Positions 12,501 to 25,161 of a stretch of DNA of 45,790 nt are shown here, piece by piece. Under the pieces are notes generated by a model. The model was not told where the DNA came from and made no database searches. It worked only from the letters and a program-made list of their open reading frames with translations. Origin of the DNA: Paraglomus brasilianum (taxonomy: Eukaryota); assembly GCA_910592345.1 (NCBI GenBank), contig CAJVPI010000177.1:1-45790 (forward strand). Direction: 5' to 3'. Position 1 is the first letter of the stretch; every line of letters starts with the position of its first letter. The translations under genes and the position numbers were made by a program.

Positions 12501-15500
12501 CCTTCACAATTGAGTGTTATAATCACAAACAGGTTAGTATATCGTAAATAATCATGACAGTTTGTTGAATATGTAAAATAACTAAATATGAACGGTTTAC
12601 TACAAGGCTCAGTACATTGACACAAATAATAAGCCCTCTAAAATGGCCTCGAAACAGTCAGCAAACGATGGAAATTCATTGACATCAACTGCACTGCGAT
12701 TGATGGAATATCTTCGTCAGAATAGCAGTTTACAAATCGCCCTTTACTTGTACCAGCTGTTTAAAGAACAAATACTACATGTGAATCCAGATAACTGGCA
12801 GAATACTGAAGCAGAAGAATTTGATACCCAGATGCATTGGGAACTGTTGGAAGCGTGTGTTCAAAAGGTACATGATGTAGGTTTATTCACCATTAATGCA
12901 CAAGTATTGACCTCCTTATCTCTTAAGGTTTTAACGTCAAGACGTATTGATCATTGGCTTGGTCTTGGATATATGGTCTCTTTACCAATGGATAAAGCGT
13001 ATGATACGTTTCGGGTGAGTAAAATATTTGTCATACTTAACTGTAGAAAAATCATTAATATTTTGATGTATAGGATGGTCTGGCGACAGTAGGTTCAGAT
13101 TACAATCGCCTCATAAAACTAGCTGGTGTTGGAATGGGATGTGCCACATTATGGAGGCAGCGAACTCTATTCAATGATTGCAAACAGCTTGGGGCTAATG
13201 GCCGATGGTGGCACCAGTTGCGACTTCTTGGTATTTATATTCTTTGTTATTCTAGGGGTGCTGGCCTGTTTCGTTACTAAATTATAAAGTTGTTTGATTT
13301 CATAGAGATTCCTTTTGATGATGGGCAATTCAGACAATCGAAAGACGGAGACTACCAGCGCAAATTAATACCGGCTCTCCTAAAGAAGACAAATTTTGAT
13401 ATTATTACTGTGTTGGAGTTTGCGCGGGAATATAACATTGAAGGTAATGGCTGCTAATTTACAAGTCCAAACCTCTATAACTATTAATTATTAAAAATTC
13501 TTTCTTAACAGACGACTATGCTCTCCTTCATTGTGTCAAGATGCTTCTATTTTCAGAAGTAGACAATTACCAGAATCGTATTGCAGGCATCATTGATGAT
13601 ATTATCGGCAAAGACAAATTGTCTACCATGTTAATGGATACTTGTTTGACGCGCATATCGCCTTATGATTACGAAAGTTAGTCGAACGAGTTTTTTTTTT
13701 TTTTTTACAATCCAAAAATAGACGAACTGCTAAGTTATAATTATTATTGTTTTATTGGCAGGGATTCATTTTCTGTTAAAACAAGTAACAATGCTGCAAC
13801 TGAATAATGAAAATGCGATTAGAAGTTTTGAAATTATCGAAACGTTGATGAACTACTCGCGCAATCGCCCTCCATCACTCGAAGAACTTGCAGAAGCGAA
13901 GAAAGGTAATGTTCACGTGTAATCTCCATTTAATCAACATAAATTTATCTGATAAAGTTATCCAGTTGTAAAGGGTGTCGAAGTACCTGTCGGTGTAGAG
14001 GAAATCGACGTTGTTCGACAGGTGACTAAAATTCGCATTTTATGAATCCGCTTAAATTGTCACTCACCTAATGCATGTATTTAGAAATTTCCGGGATGCC
14101 TTCATCGCTTACCGTTTCACCAGATCCGCAGTGATCCATGGACGGTGTTAAAGCAGGAACTTACGGAAGAGTCGATATCTAAGCTATGGCCATTAACGTC
14201 TTTATTAGGGATTCGTGCGGACAAATTTCTCGGTGCAGCTATCGAAAATTTGATCGCTCGGCTGGTAAGTTCACATTTTTCTGTTTGACTTACTAATGTA
14301 ATGGGCTTTCTATTTAACTTGTAAGATTTGCAATTTAGACTGCAGACAAGCAAAACCAGGGAGGCGATTTCAGGACTACTATAAAATTCAATGACTTCAA
14401 AGGATTGGTCCAGAAGATGCAGGATAATGAAGTGGCCCTTACTTATCTTAAGTATATTGCTGATACTTTCCCGTGTGGTCCAGATAGAATTCAGGCCTTG
14501 CAGACGGGAGTTTACCGGGGAGAATATTGGTATCAGAGTCTCGTAGCGAAGGTATGATACTATGAATGCGCTATGTTTAAACCAAGCACCGTGATTCAGC
14601 GAGGGCTTTATGCATTTTATTAAAAAGAAGGACGAGGGAAAAGAGGCGCTCGAACGCGTGTCTATTGGTCTTTCGAAGTTGAAAACTTCTTTGATGACAA
14701 CGGAGACAGAGTACCAGTTGAGATCTGCGGGACTGAAAGAATTTTTGGATTTCACCAATCGACCCACAGAGTGTATCTTTCAATTATATTTCCGGATGGG
14801 CGAAGAAGCGCTTCGAAGTAGAGGTGAAATTATGTTACTAGACATTTGTTTAATATAAGCGTGAAACTTACTGAAATGAAGTACTCTGAACAGACTCAAT
14901 CGATATACACTCAATTGCAAAGGAGATTGCAATGAGGAATAAGTTGGATATAAACAAAATACGCGAATATCTCTTTACGGTAATAATAATACATATTTCT
15001 CTAATGTACCAACAAAGCCCTTTTTTTAATGATTTGATACGTAGACCTGGATTGGTCAGGAACAAGATTTGGAACCTGATATAAAAGAAATCACACTACC
15101 ATCTATGAGAATGCAGGTAAATGGACACGGAACTTCTTTTTACATCGCAAAAGAGACGCGTTGATCAATAGAAATAAATGGAGTTGTATTATCTTCGATT
15201 ATATAGGCGAATCATGGATTATATGCTAAAGCAGAGACATCAATTCAGAAGAAACTCCTGTATTTACTTAGTTGCGATGATATCGAGACAAACGTGAATA
15301 AACTATTGAAATATGCATATCAGGTTAGCCACATATTTTCTACTGTTGCGTTTCATGCTTGATAACATTAACTGATGTTGGTTGGTGACAGCAACGGGCA
15401 TCTCCAAAAGTGACGACTCTGAGTAGAATAAGAGCTTTATCCATTCTCTTCCAAATTGCTGGTGCAGACGAGATATCGCGTATTCATGATTATCAGGATG

Positions 15501-16079
15501 CAAAGTAGGCAGCATACTTGGTTCTCACCTCTTCAGTACACCTAATATTGTGGTTTGTCTGACTAAATGACATGTTATTCAAACGAAAGACAACACATGC
15601 AGATGTTGTTATATCTTATTGATTTTGAAGAGTTGCGCATATCACAAACGCCAAAGGAATTCATGAACAGTAATAAAGAAGCACTTGCGCGGTCACTTTG
15701 GGTTAAGTATAGTAATGAACCGAAGGTATGTGAATGGTAACTTATTCGACTTTGCGAAAGTGGACAAAAATTGAGAAACGCATTTGATATTTTATTTCGA
15801 TCCAGGTGGTTCAATTGATATGTAACATATGTCTCGACTATAAAGTCTACGATCTAACTTTGTGGGAAAACTCTTTGAAACAATTATCCAAATACGGGAA
15901 GGTAACTAAAAGATTATATAACTTGTAACTATCGCGAAAGCATGCCAAGCCGATAATATTAATCGATTTCTTTGTAGCATGAATATTTGATGGGAATACT
16001 TGAACGCACTAACACGATACCAGAGTTGGCTCTACGATTCGACTCGACTCAACTTGATTGTAAAGTCTCCACCTTCTAG
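6553..16079 (+). CDS. KNTC1: Kinetochore-associated protein 1 / Rough deal (ROD, RZZ complex subunit); dozens of short introns
   Basis: Spliced peptides match KNTC1: SETIPLKRFEQLISKRKYADAIRFAKQFDLDVE|VVLKAK, KVLTSRRIDHWLGLGY, NGRWWHQLRLL, LEFAREYNIE, LICNICLDYKVYDLTLWENSLKQL. Last in-frame exon read as 15978-16079. The 3' end is uncertain and not every junction was verified. Confidence 0.85.
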
Positions 16080-18990
16080 AGCAGTCGTGGTTGATAGGCT
16101 GCTATTGCAGAATGGCAAAGCTTGGAATTCTCTCAATTGTATATAATAATCATATCACAATACACTATACTTGATGTAAGACTTCATACGAAACATGGAA
16201 ATGTTGTAAATTTCGTGTTGAAAATAGTGTCCAAATACTCGGATCGGTAGTGGAATACATATAATTCTTGTCTATATCAATTGAATATACCGTATACTCA
16301 TTCGAAGTGCGGCCGAAGAATTATGGAAACGTTTACAATCAACGAATCGAATATTAATCGCCTTTTAATTATATACTCCCCGTTATATCAGTAGTTGCGC
16401 GTAATTTCTCCCCTTGTTCGCAAATTGCTATCGGCCAGGGCTATTTGCTGAAAGAGTCATGAGAATTAAGACGGATTCCAGATTGGCAAGATTGACAAGA
16501 TTGACATGAGAATCTCATATAATAATAATTATAATTTATAGCATAGCGTGCGACACGTTAGCAAGGTTGTTTTTGAGACTATCCGGTCAAAGTTGAACGA
16601 AGAAAGAATTTATCTACCCGATGTCTGAGCCTCAGATAGGTTTAAAAATATAATAATTTTAAATTAAAATAAACAACAATAAGAATAGTTCATAAGTATT
16701 CCTGAATTAGAATGATTGCTTAGTATTAGCATAAATCCGTTCCAAATGCCTCATAGTTTTTATACTTTCTTACGTGCAATTCAAAGCCATTGCCTTATAT
16801 CATGTATTCTGTTCAGCGATTTGAAATGTAGATCTAAAACTCTGCGTCTTCTAGATTACGCAATAATGTTACTGATTATTGGTCGGAACAGAAAAGACGC
16901 GTTACAACTGTTCAATTTCTCAAAAGCATTAAAGGAAGAGTTAAGATAGTATTTCAGAAAAATATGGAATCAAATTTTTAATATCATATTATAACTTAAT
17001 TAAAGTATACCTCAATGATTGAAGCCTTTATTCTGAACAACAAAATATTGATGAGTTAGATGTCTGGTACTTCTGTCCAAGTAGTTTGTTTCAGAATAAC
17101 CACCATAATGTACGTGCACCACCATTAACATGTCTTTTGAATCATACAACGGCTAATAATAATAAGCATTATTATTAGTTCAGTGATAGGATCAATTAAG
17201 TATCGGTCAATAGTTGATCCAATCTCCCACGATACACCACCAACTGAACGCGGCCATAGTCTATTTGTAGATTACACTTCGTATACTCACCCTTAATTTG
17301 CCTGAGAAGGGTTTTGCGACCAGATAGACGTATTCTCAATATTGATATCTCAGCCTTCCTCTTGAGCATTATCCTTTAATGGTTCAGGTGATTGATAATA
17401 TTGGTGTAAAATAATTATAGTATATTAACCGTTTATCTAATTAATTTGCATAAAATTCGGGAAGACAACCTTGGTGAATTAAGACAAGTTTTGGACACTT
17501 ACCGAGCTCAAGCATGCCAACAAGATACAAATGCCCACGGTTATGGATTAACCTCTCGTAATTCTATCCTTTTGATCCCATAAAAAAATAAACGTCACAA
17601 TGAGACTCGAATAATTTAGTAAATGTATTACCTTCTTGTGAGTTGGTTAATGAAAATAACGGCAATAAAATTTATTTCGCATCTTTTGACTTTAATGAAT
17701 ATTAATTATCAAGTCTTATGTTATAACAGATTTACTATTACTATAGCCGAAAATAATGGTAGTCGATTCTATAAGCTGATTACTTGCACCGGTGACATTA
17801 TAATATTTCTTCTACATTTCGTTGGAACATGTATGATGAACACCTTAGGGAAATTTTTCTTCGACATTCAAGCATCCGCAAGTGCTTCGAGCGCAAATTC
17901 TCCATTCACATGATATTTTCGTTACTTCATTTACGACACAAACGCGATACGTACGTAAATACTGCGATGGCGTAACTTTGAGTAGTCATTTGAAAACGCG
18001 AATCGTGGACGACATTTGACTCCAATTACACAGGTATTATTACCATTAACACAAAATATTTGTCGAGCAAAAAAAGGTATTTGTTGAAAGGCTACAAAGT
18101 CAATATGCCAAATAGTCTAAAAAATGATAACTGTAAAGGATCACGAGACAATGAGCTAAGGAATTAATTCATGAAAATTCATGTGATATCAGGTGATCAC
18201 TATTATATTGCACAAATTAAAGCGCGAATCAGTGCGGAATAAAAACGCGACGACAAGTGGGATCTGCAACAGTAGAGATTTATATGGAAACGTAGTATTC
18301 AACGGCGACATAGATTTTAATTGTAATATCCGCGGTCCCTTTGTTAGCTGCGAATAATTAAGAGTGGGGAACGGAGGGAATTTATGGTGTTATCATATGA
18401 TGAGAAACATGATATTCGCGAGATCATCTGAACGTGCTAAGTGTCATTATGATTATTCTGATGGACCAACCACGGTGAAGTCTGATTTGCTTAGGAATCA
18501 TCCCAATTAAGGCAACAATCAGTTTGTTTATCCATTTTTGATCGAATTGTCTGTCTATAGTAATTATCGTGTGGATATCCATGTTTGGTAAAGTAGTATA
18601 ATAAATGGCGGAAGACGATAGGCTGCATTAATTAATTGTTTTTGAATCATTAGTCTATGACGTTGAGATTGGTCCTTGCACACTTGCAACCAAGAAGGAT
18701 ATTGCGGAGTAAATTGCAACCGTTTGAGATGTAGAGATAGCTTTGGAGTACAAATGAAAGAATGTTTGGCCGAAACAATAGACGAGAAGTTTTGCGAACA
18801 TTGTTTATGAAGAGAAGTGAAATCATATAGACTACAAGTCATGCGTATCTGTATACTGTGTGAAATTGTATTTGTCGCTATTTATAGTCATTGTCATAAA
18901 TTGTAATTAACACCAGTATTAGCATGCTCATTAATTTCTCCCATGATCGATAACCAATCATGTGGCTGTGAATTCGATCAATAGGCACAA

Positions 18991-19248
18991 TGGAGGCTGG
19001 AGATAGAGGAATGTGTCACCAGAGAACGGCAGCCTCCAGACGATGATGTAATCAAAGAGGGGTAATTCTCTCGCTAGCGAGAGGAACGGCCTGTCCGGTT
19101 TCTAGTTAATGGGCTTTCCCGCTATTCCCTAACGAGTACGCGTTGATTCTGCTGTTATCCAAGTGGTTGTAGAGTGCCCTGAGATGTGAGTCGGGTGCTG
19201 TGAGTGATCGAATGGACTAGAACAGCCTGAGTGAGACAAAGGGAATAG
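18991..19248. other. Candidate structured non-coding element (several perfect inverted repeats)
   Basis: TGGAGGCTG/CAGCCTCCA, 16-bp palindrome CTCTCGCTAGCGAGAG, CTATTCCCT/AGGGAATAG, TTCTAGT/ACTAGAA. Confidence 0.3.
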
Positions 19249-20228
19249 GGGGGTATTAATATTGTTTGGGTAATTGGTTGCGTAACAAACATAATAATCG
19301 ATAGATATTACTCAAGACGGTGATGGGAGAAGAGTACCAGTTTTTGGAAGAGGGGTGGAGGGGGGGGATATACAACAATAGAGAAGGCGTTCGTTCAATA
19401 AAATAATGGGGGATTGAATTCATGTCATGTATTCATTTAATACTAAATAAAGCACGCAATACATTTTTAATACATTTTAATTATGATTATAATCTTATAT
19501 TATATAACAATAGTATATGCATTCCGCATGTATAGTATTCTTTTTCTGTTCATATTGAAGTATTACATATATTCAATGTAAGGGCGAATTAATTGTTATC
19601 CAGTTTTTGGCGGTTACAATTGCCAAATACGATATCGGGCGTCAAACAGTAAACACAAATGAGTAAAATCAGCAGATACTGTATGAAAGAGTGCAAAAAC
19701 TGTTTGAAGAATGGGGGATGCTGTAGATAATCATCATAATCATAATCATCGAATATTCGTTACCATTGGTTTATTGGCCCAAATATACTAATATAATATA
19801 TGTTACTCATTCATTGATGATTGATTGATCTCTCATCGGCAGGCATAGCGATTTTACAGCTTTGCATTAGCTGTACGTGATCATTGCTTAACTGCTCGAA
19901 ATGCAAAGCGGGAAGATCAGAAATGCTGCTATGTATATCTGAGCTTAAGCATGTAACATACGGCATATTTGACAATTAAGAAGATTTGCTTTACAATACG
20001 TATTGCATATAATATATAAGGTATATAAGGTACAGCATAATATATATGTATTCATGTGTGCACTAAATTCGAAAAAATGAGCTAATCTGATGTTTGCCCC
20101 CGCATATATGTTATGAGTCTTCTTAAAGGGGGGGGATAATCCACATACTCCATAATACAAACATACATGTATGCTGTATGTATGCAAATCAACATTTCCT
20201 GAGACTATCTAGAGCAGAAAAGTCAATA

Positions 20229-20288
20229 CTACATATATACTACATATATACACATATATATACACACATATATATACACATATATATC
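20229..20288. repeat. Compound (TA)n/(CA)n microsatellite
   Basis: tacatatatactacatatatacacatatatatacacacata... Confidence 0.85.
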
Positions 20289-20656
20289 ATGTATGTGCAC
20301 AGTATATCCTATTATGTCTGCGTATGTTTGTGTATTATGTCCGTCTATGTATGCGTATGCTGTTTGTTCATAGCGTTAATTTTGTCCATGCGATCATAAC
20401 AATAAATGAATATGCGGCTGACTATGAAAGCAAAGCGGCAAGAGGAAAAGTCTATGTTTTGTAAACCGGGGTCCCGTTCAATTATTGCCCCCCGCCAAGC
20501 GTGTATTAATTAATGTCTAACGTTTCATATAAACAGTCATATAGAAGAAGGAAAGGGGGTTTGATGAGTCCCAATAATAATAACAAGAGTAAATGTAATT
20601 TTTATCAAAAATGATTATTTTCTCAATCTTGGCGGTGATAATCCTTAGTTGGAATT

Positions 20657-20696
20657 TGTTGAAATGTGTTGAAATGTGTTGAAATGTGTTGAAATG
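20657..20696. repeat. 10-bp tandem repeat (TGTTGAAATG)x4
   Basis: Four perfect copies. Confidence 0.95.
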
Positions 20697-21216
20697 TGTA
20701 ATGCAATATGTGGTGCAAAATATAACAAACAAACTTAAAAACATGACTACATATAATTTAATCGACAAGGGGGTGCTATTCTATTAGTCACAATGCGACT
20801 AGGTGTTTTAGGGCCATCAAACGAAGTAAACTTTGAATGACAAGCAATGTATATGTAATCATATTAAGAATGTCATCATACTAGTCAGCTTATTGATATG
20901 AACACATGACCAATGTGCATAGACGATATCAGAGTGTGCGACATTAAATGATTTCATTAATATTATTAATGTTATATAATTCCCCATTACCAGAATGATA
21001 TTATTATTGTTAGCATACTTTTATGTATAATTCTCTCCTGCAGCGATTGACTTGTGCAATAGTTTAAATCATTGTTTATTAGTAGCCTCCCGTGATTAAT
21101 GCATTATCCATATTAACTGCTATTTATGGCTGACAGCACTTGGGATTCTGTGAGGTGGTTACAATCACCCCAGAATTACTGCCGACATTTAATTGAAAAT
21201 GCCCGAAAGTACGTAA

Positions 21217-21267
21217 TGCAAGCAAGCAAGCAAGCAACAAGCATAGCAAGCAAAGCAAGCAAGCAAG
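21217..21267. repeat. Imperfect (GCAA)n microsatellite
   Basis: gcaagcaagcaagcaagcaacaagcatagcaagcaaagcaagcaagcaag. Confidence 0.9.
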
Positions 21268-22747
21268 TAAATAAATAAACAAACCCCAGCAAGATTCTAA
21301 CCATCTCAGTTCCATAATCGGGTAATGCTAGTTACCAAATTAATCAACGATTGGAGGAGGAGGGCGGAGGGGCGGAGCAGGGAAGGCAAGGGCCCTCCAA
21401 CCACAACGATCAACAATGGTCTGAAAATTTGCTTGTCAGGTAGTGCAATATACGATTAATGATACACACGCTGATGGTTGATGATAAGCGAAACACCCAG
21501 ATAAAAAGGTTCGTGCATAATTATAATGATGGTTAACGGTAGTCTTGCGTCATGTACCACTTTGAACTTTTACTTTGTAATCAAAAAGCTTTTATTGTCC
21601 ATTCAATCAATCGCTTGTTCTTAAAAAAAATCGGCAAATAATTTGCCCATCTTCGTTAGCCAATACTAAAAGTGTCCTTATAGCAGCAGTGTTGTGTGAT
21701 TCTCTCCCTTGTCTGTTTCTGTACAACCTTTTCGATCGGCAGCAACTATCGGCAGCAACTCATTTAGACACATGACCAATTGGAATGGTGGCTATTTTCA
21801 GAATGTTATATCGTATGACTATCACATCATGAACTGTATATTATGGAACTTTATCGCTAGCCATGTTCGCTTGTAATTCGTTGTACTCTAAATGACATTG
21901 TCCACGTATATTTCTGCAGGCGTCATACGGGAATGATGATGGTCCGCTCTATTATACACTATTATCCTTCACAGCCACGATTTCTTTGTTCTCTCGTCGT
22001 CACAATATTTTCGCATGCCGGCTCTCCATTGTGGGCGACTAATATACAAAATACCGATTAAGAAGAAATTCTGCCCCTCCCTTCCCCTTCCCCCCAATTG
22101 TAAGAGAAATTCTCGAATTTTTTATAAAAAGTAATGGTCGATATACGGGATGCATTGAGCATATCTTTGCTGTATTAGGCTATACACGGTGTGACGGGTG
22201 TTGATACTCGAGTTGTATAACTATCTAGGGGATTAGTATTTGTATTATGCCATCAGCATTTGCAGACCCCTTGGCCCAAATTGGACAAAATCAACAATCA
22301 AACAAGCGTAAAGTATGACGTTAATAAATATTTCACTATTTCTTACTCTTATTAATTCGTGGGAGATTATTAACTGTATTATTAATCAATAAGTTCATCG
22401 TAAAAAAAATTTTTTTTTGCCCCACTTAAAACTAAAGAAACACTTTAAGCGGGTCGTTTGATATGCAAATATGCGACAATAATAATAGTTGTCTCTTACA
22501 AAGAAAAAATATCGTGCAAACTCTAAAAAACCCAACGGCTTTTACAGCGCTTACTCACCGTCTTCCTATTCGTCAACTCTACCCCGTGCAAATTCTACCT
22601 TGCATTTGCAACAACAAAACTGCCTGTGTGATCGTGTGATAAAGTAAGGAGAAGCTTGATTGTAATATTTTATTGCAAAAGAGAGCGAGTTCTCATCACA
22701 AACCAGTTACGATCAAAAGATATGATGATATAATAATTGTGACTAAT

Positions 22748-22955
22748 CAACAATACCAACAATACCAACAATACCAACAATACCCACAATACCCATAATA
22801 TCCATAATACCATAATACCCATAGAACCATAATACCATAGAACCATAAAACCATAATACCCTACCCATAGAACCATAAAACCATAATACCCATAAAACCA
22901 TAATACCCATAATACCTATAATACCCATAATATCCATAATACCTATAATGCCATA
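22748..22955. repeat. 8-9 bp minisatellite (AATACCAAC / AATACCCAT / AGAACCAT variants)
   Basis: About 200 bp of degenerate tandem units. These generate the spurious ORFs at 22670-22937. Confidence 0.9.
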
Positions 22956-23633
22956 TCATATATGTTCCCTAACCCCAACCAAGCATTGACCAATCTGCAT
23001 TCGAGACACACTTGGAGATATGCACTATTTGCTGACGTTGTATCTTTTCTTGTCTGCATCAAACATCCAGGCAATGTAAAGATTAACGCTGTGGGCATGA
23101 GTGATGTACTTGGCATATGATAACGACATTTGCCCTACTGCTGAAGCATAAGGTAGATCTTGCATATGTTAGTTTTTATAATGGCTGCATTCTCGGTTCA
23201 TTCATTTGCTCCACTGGCAATAACAATGGAAAAATATGAAATATCAGGTTTTTTTTTTTTTCACCTTGCGAAACAATCGGATACGGATGTGACGACAGTG
23301 GAATAATTAGGTTAGCGTCAGCTGCACACCCTTGCAGGCGTACAATAGAAAGAAATATACGCCACACACCCAGTTTGAGAACAGTCTCCCATCGATTACA
23401 AATATGGTAATAAATACAAGGTGACAATAGCATACTAGAGAAGGACTATTTTAATGAATGTGATGAATCGAATAGATGGATAACAATAACAACATAGATT
23501 GCCAACAAAGCCCATGTTCCGCTGTGCGCTTGCTTGTCAATCGAGTTGTTCGACTAGCTGGTTTTGCAACTGTTTGCCTAGCGGGATATGCTTATGAGAT
23601 TTATATATCCAACTAACTAGCATGAATATTGGT

Positions 23634-23678
23634 TATGTATGTATGTATGTATGTATGTACATATGTACATGTATGTAT
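23634..23678. repeat. (TATG)n microsatellite
   Basis: tatgtatgtatgtatgtatgtatgtacatatgtacatgtatgtat. Confidence 0.85.
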
Positions 23679-25068
23679 CTGGACCTGAGAGATTAAAACT
23701 AATCCAATTCCTCGGCAAATATGGTTCTTTAATTCTGTTTGCATTTGTTATGGGTACTATTAATAGCTACAATGTTGGCTATTGTCCAATCCGACCTTGT
23801 CCACTTTCTCAGTCATTATTGATACCCATATATTTCATGACTTTGAAAAAGTACGTTGAACACTCTGGAATAACGAGGGGAACAAATGAGCTGATGTATT
23901 ACATAGCGATTACAAGATGAATCATACGACAGGTTATTAAATTTGTACAAAGAACGGATTAATACCAATAGCTCGATTATATGTGACTGGCACACGATCG
24001 ATGTACGCCTAAATGAGGCATCATTGGATATATAACTATACGAGAAAAAAATATTAATAGGATTGTTGGCGAGTTGCGAGTTGGTTGGTGGTGGCTCTTT
24101 TTTCGTAGGGTGGGAATGTGATATCATGTACAGAGGATCATCTACCTAACAGAGATCACCAACAAATCAGACGGGTTGATTGGTATGGAAATATGGCGTA
24201 ATGGAATAGATACAATTAATAGAATAAATACTTTTATTAATTATTTGTGTGATGACGCAAGTAATAGTTGATAAAATGTAAATGTAAAATCAGCCTCTTA
24301 TTATATTATATTGCGTTTCGACTTTTTGCGTTTCTCACTACAACAATGGCTAACGCCAGAATAAAGACAATGAATGATCATGAATTGACGGCGTCTTCCG
24401 TAGTGTGATTATGGTATCCAACACTGTCCAACAATGCCTTCCGAACTCCCCCTTCCACTCTCTTGTTGCCCAATACAGCAAACATCCTTGTATTCCCTTA
24501 CACGAATGCCTCCTTTCCTCTTTCCGTCTTACACACTCTCTTTTTTCTTCTCTCTGTACGCTCTTTCTTAATAATAATAATAAATGATAACAATCGCCAT
24601 CATAACAATGTTAATTACTATTGAGACCAGTTCGACCCACCCCCCTTCTTCCCCCTCAACAATCGATATCATCGTAATCAGTCGTATTTACTTTTACCCC
24701 TTTTCTGTATTCCTCTAAAAAATCAAGAGAGAAACAAAATACCATCCATCATCCATCACCATTCGCCCCGGATCTTCTTCCCTCCTCCAAAGAACATATC
24801 CGCATCTTGTATACTTGATATCCCGCCCAACTACCTAATCGGTTATCATCTAGGAAAAAAGTTTCCCTTGTCCTCCCCCTTTACTACCTCCACTATGTCG
24901 GTTTCCTGATCCTTCCCGTACGCTCTCCGAGCGATAACATTCTCTCTCTTGTATCACCAGCGTTGGTAATAAAAGTATAGCTGTACAACGACGTATAAAT
25001 AGACACAATAAAACGAATAAATAGAATTTAATTACAGTAGTGTGGTTTCTGATTGATTGATTATACGA

Positions 25069-25161
25069 GGGGGTGGGGTTTGTGGGTTGTGGTTGTGTGC
25101 GTTGCGTTGGTGGGTTGTTGGTGGTGGTGGGTTGGTGGGTTGGTGGGTTGGTGGGTTGGTG
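25069..25161 (+). repeat. G-rich (GGTGGGTT)n repeat, potential G-quadruplex
   Basis: Five or more GGG runs separated by TTGGT loops, flanked by longer G tracts. Confidence 0.8.

Noticed and set aside
14117..14767. 216-aa minus-strand ORF
   Set aside because: Antisense shadow of ROD exons with no recognisable motif. The same applies to antisense ORFs over the GT23 gene, RPB2 and LIC.
17040..17560. Possible minus-strand exon relics (donor GTGAGT near 17290)
   Set aside because: No coherent frame or recognisable peptide.
18667..18810. 47-codon Cys-rich open frame (TCNQEGYCGVNCNRLRC...FCEHCL)
   Set aside because: No upstream start, signal peptide or in-frame acceptor found; likely chance.
25069..25161. 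Interstitial telomere or telomerase template
   Set aside because: The unit is GGTGGGTT, not TTAGGG.
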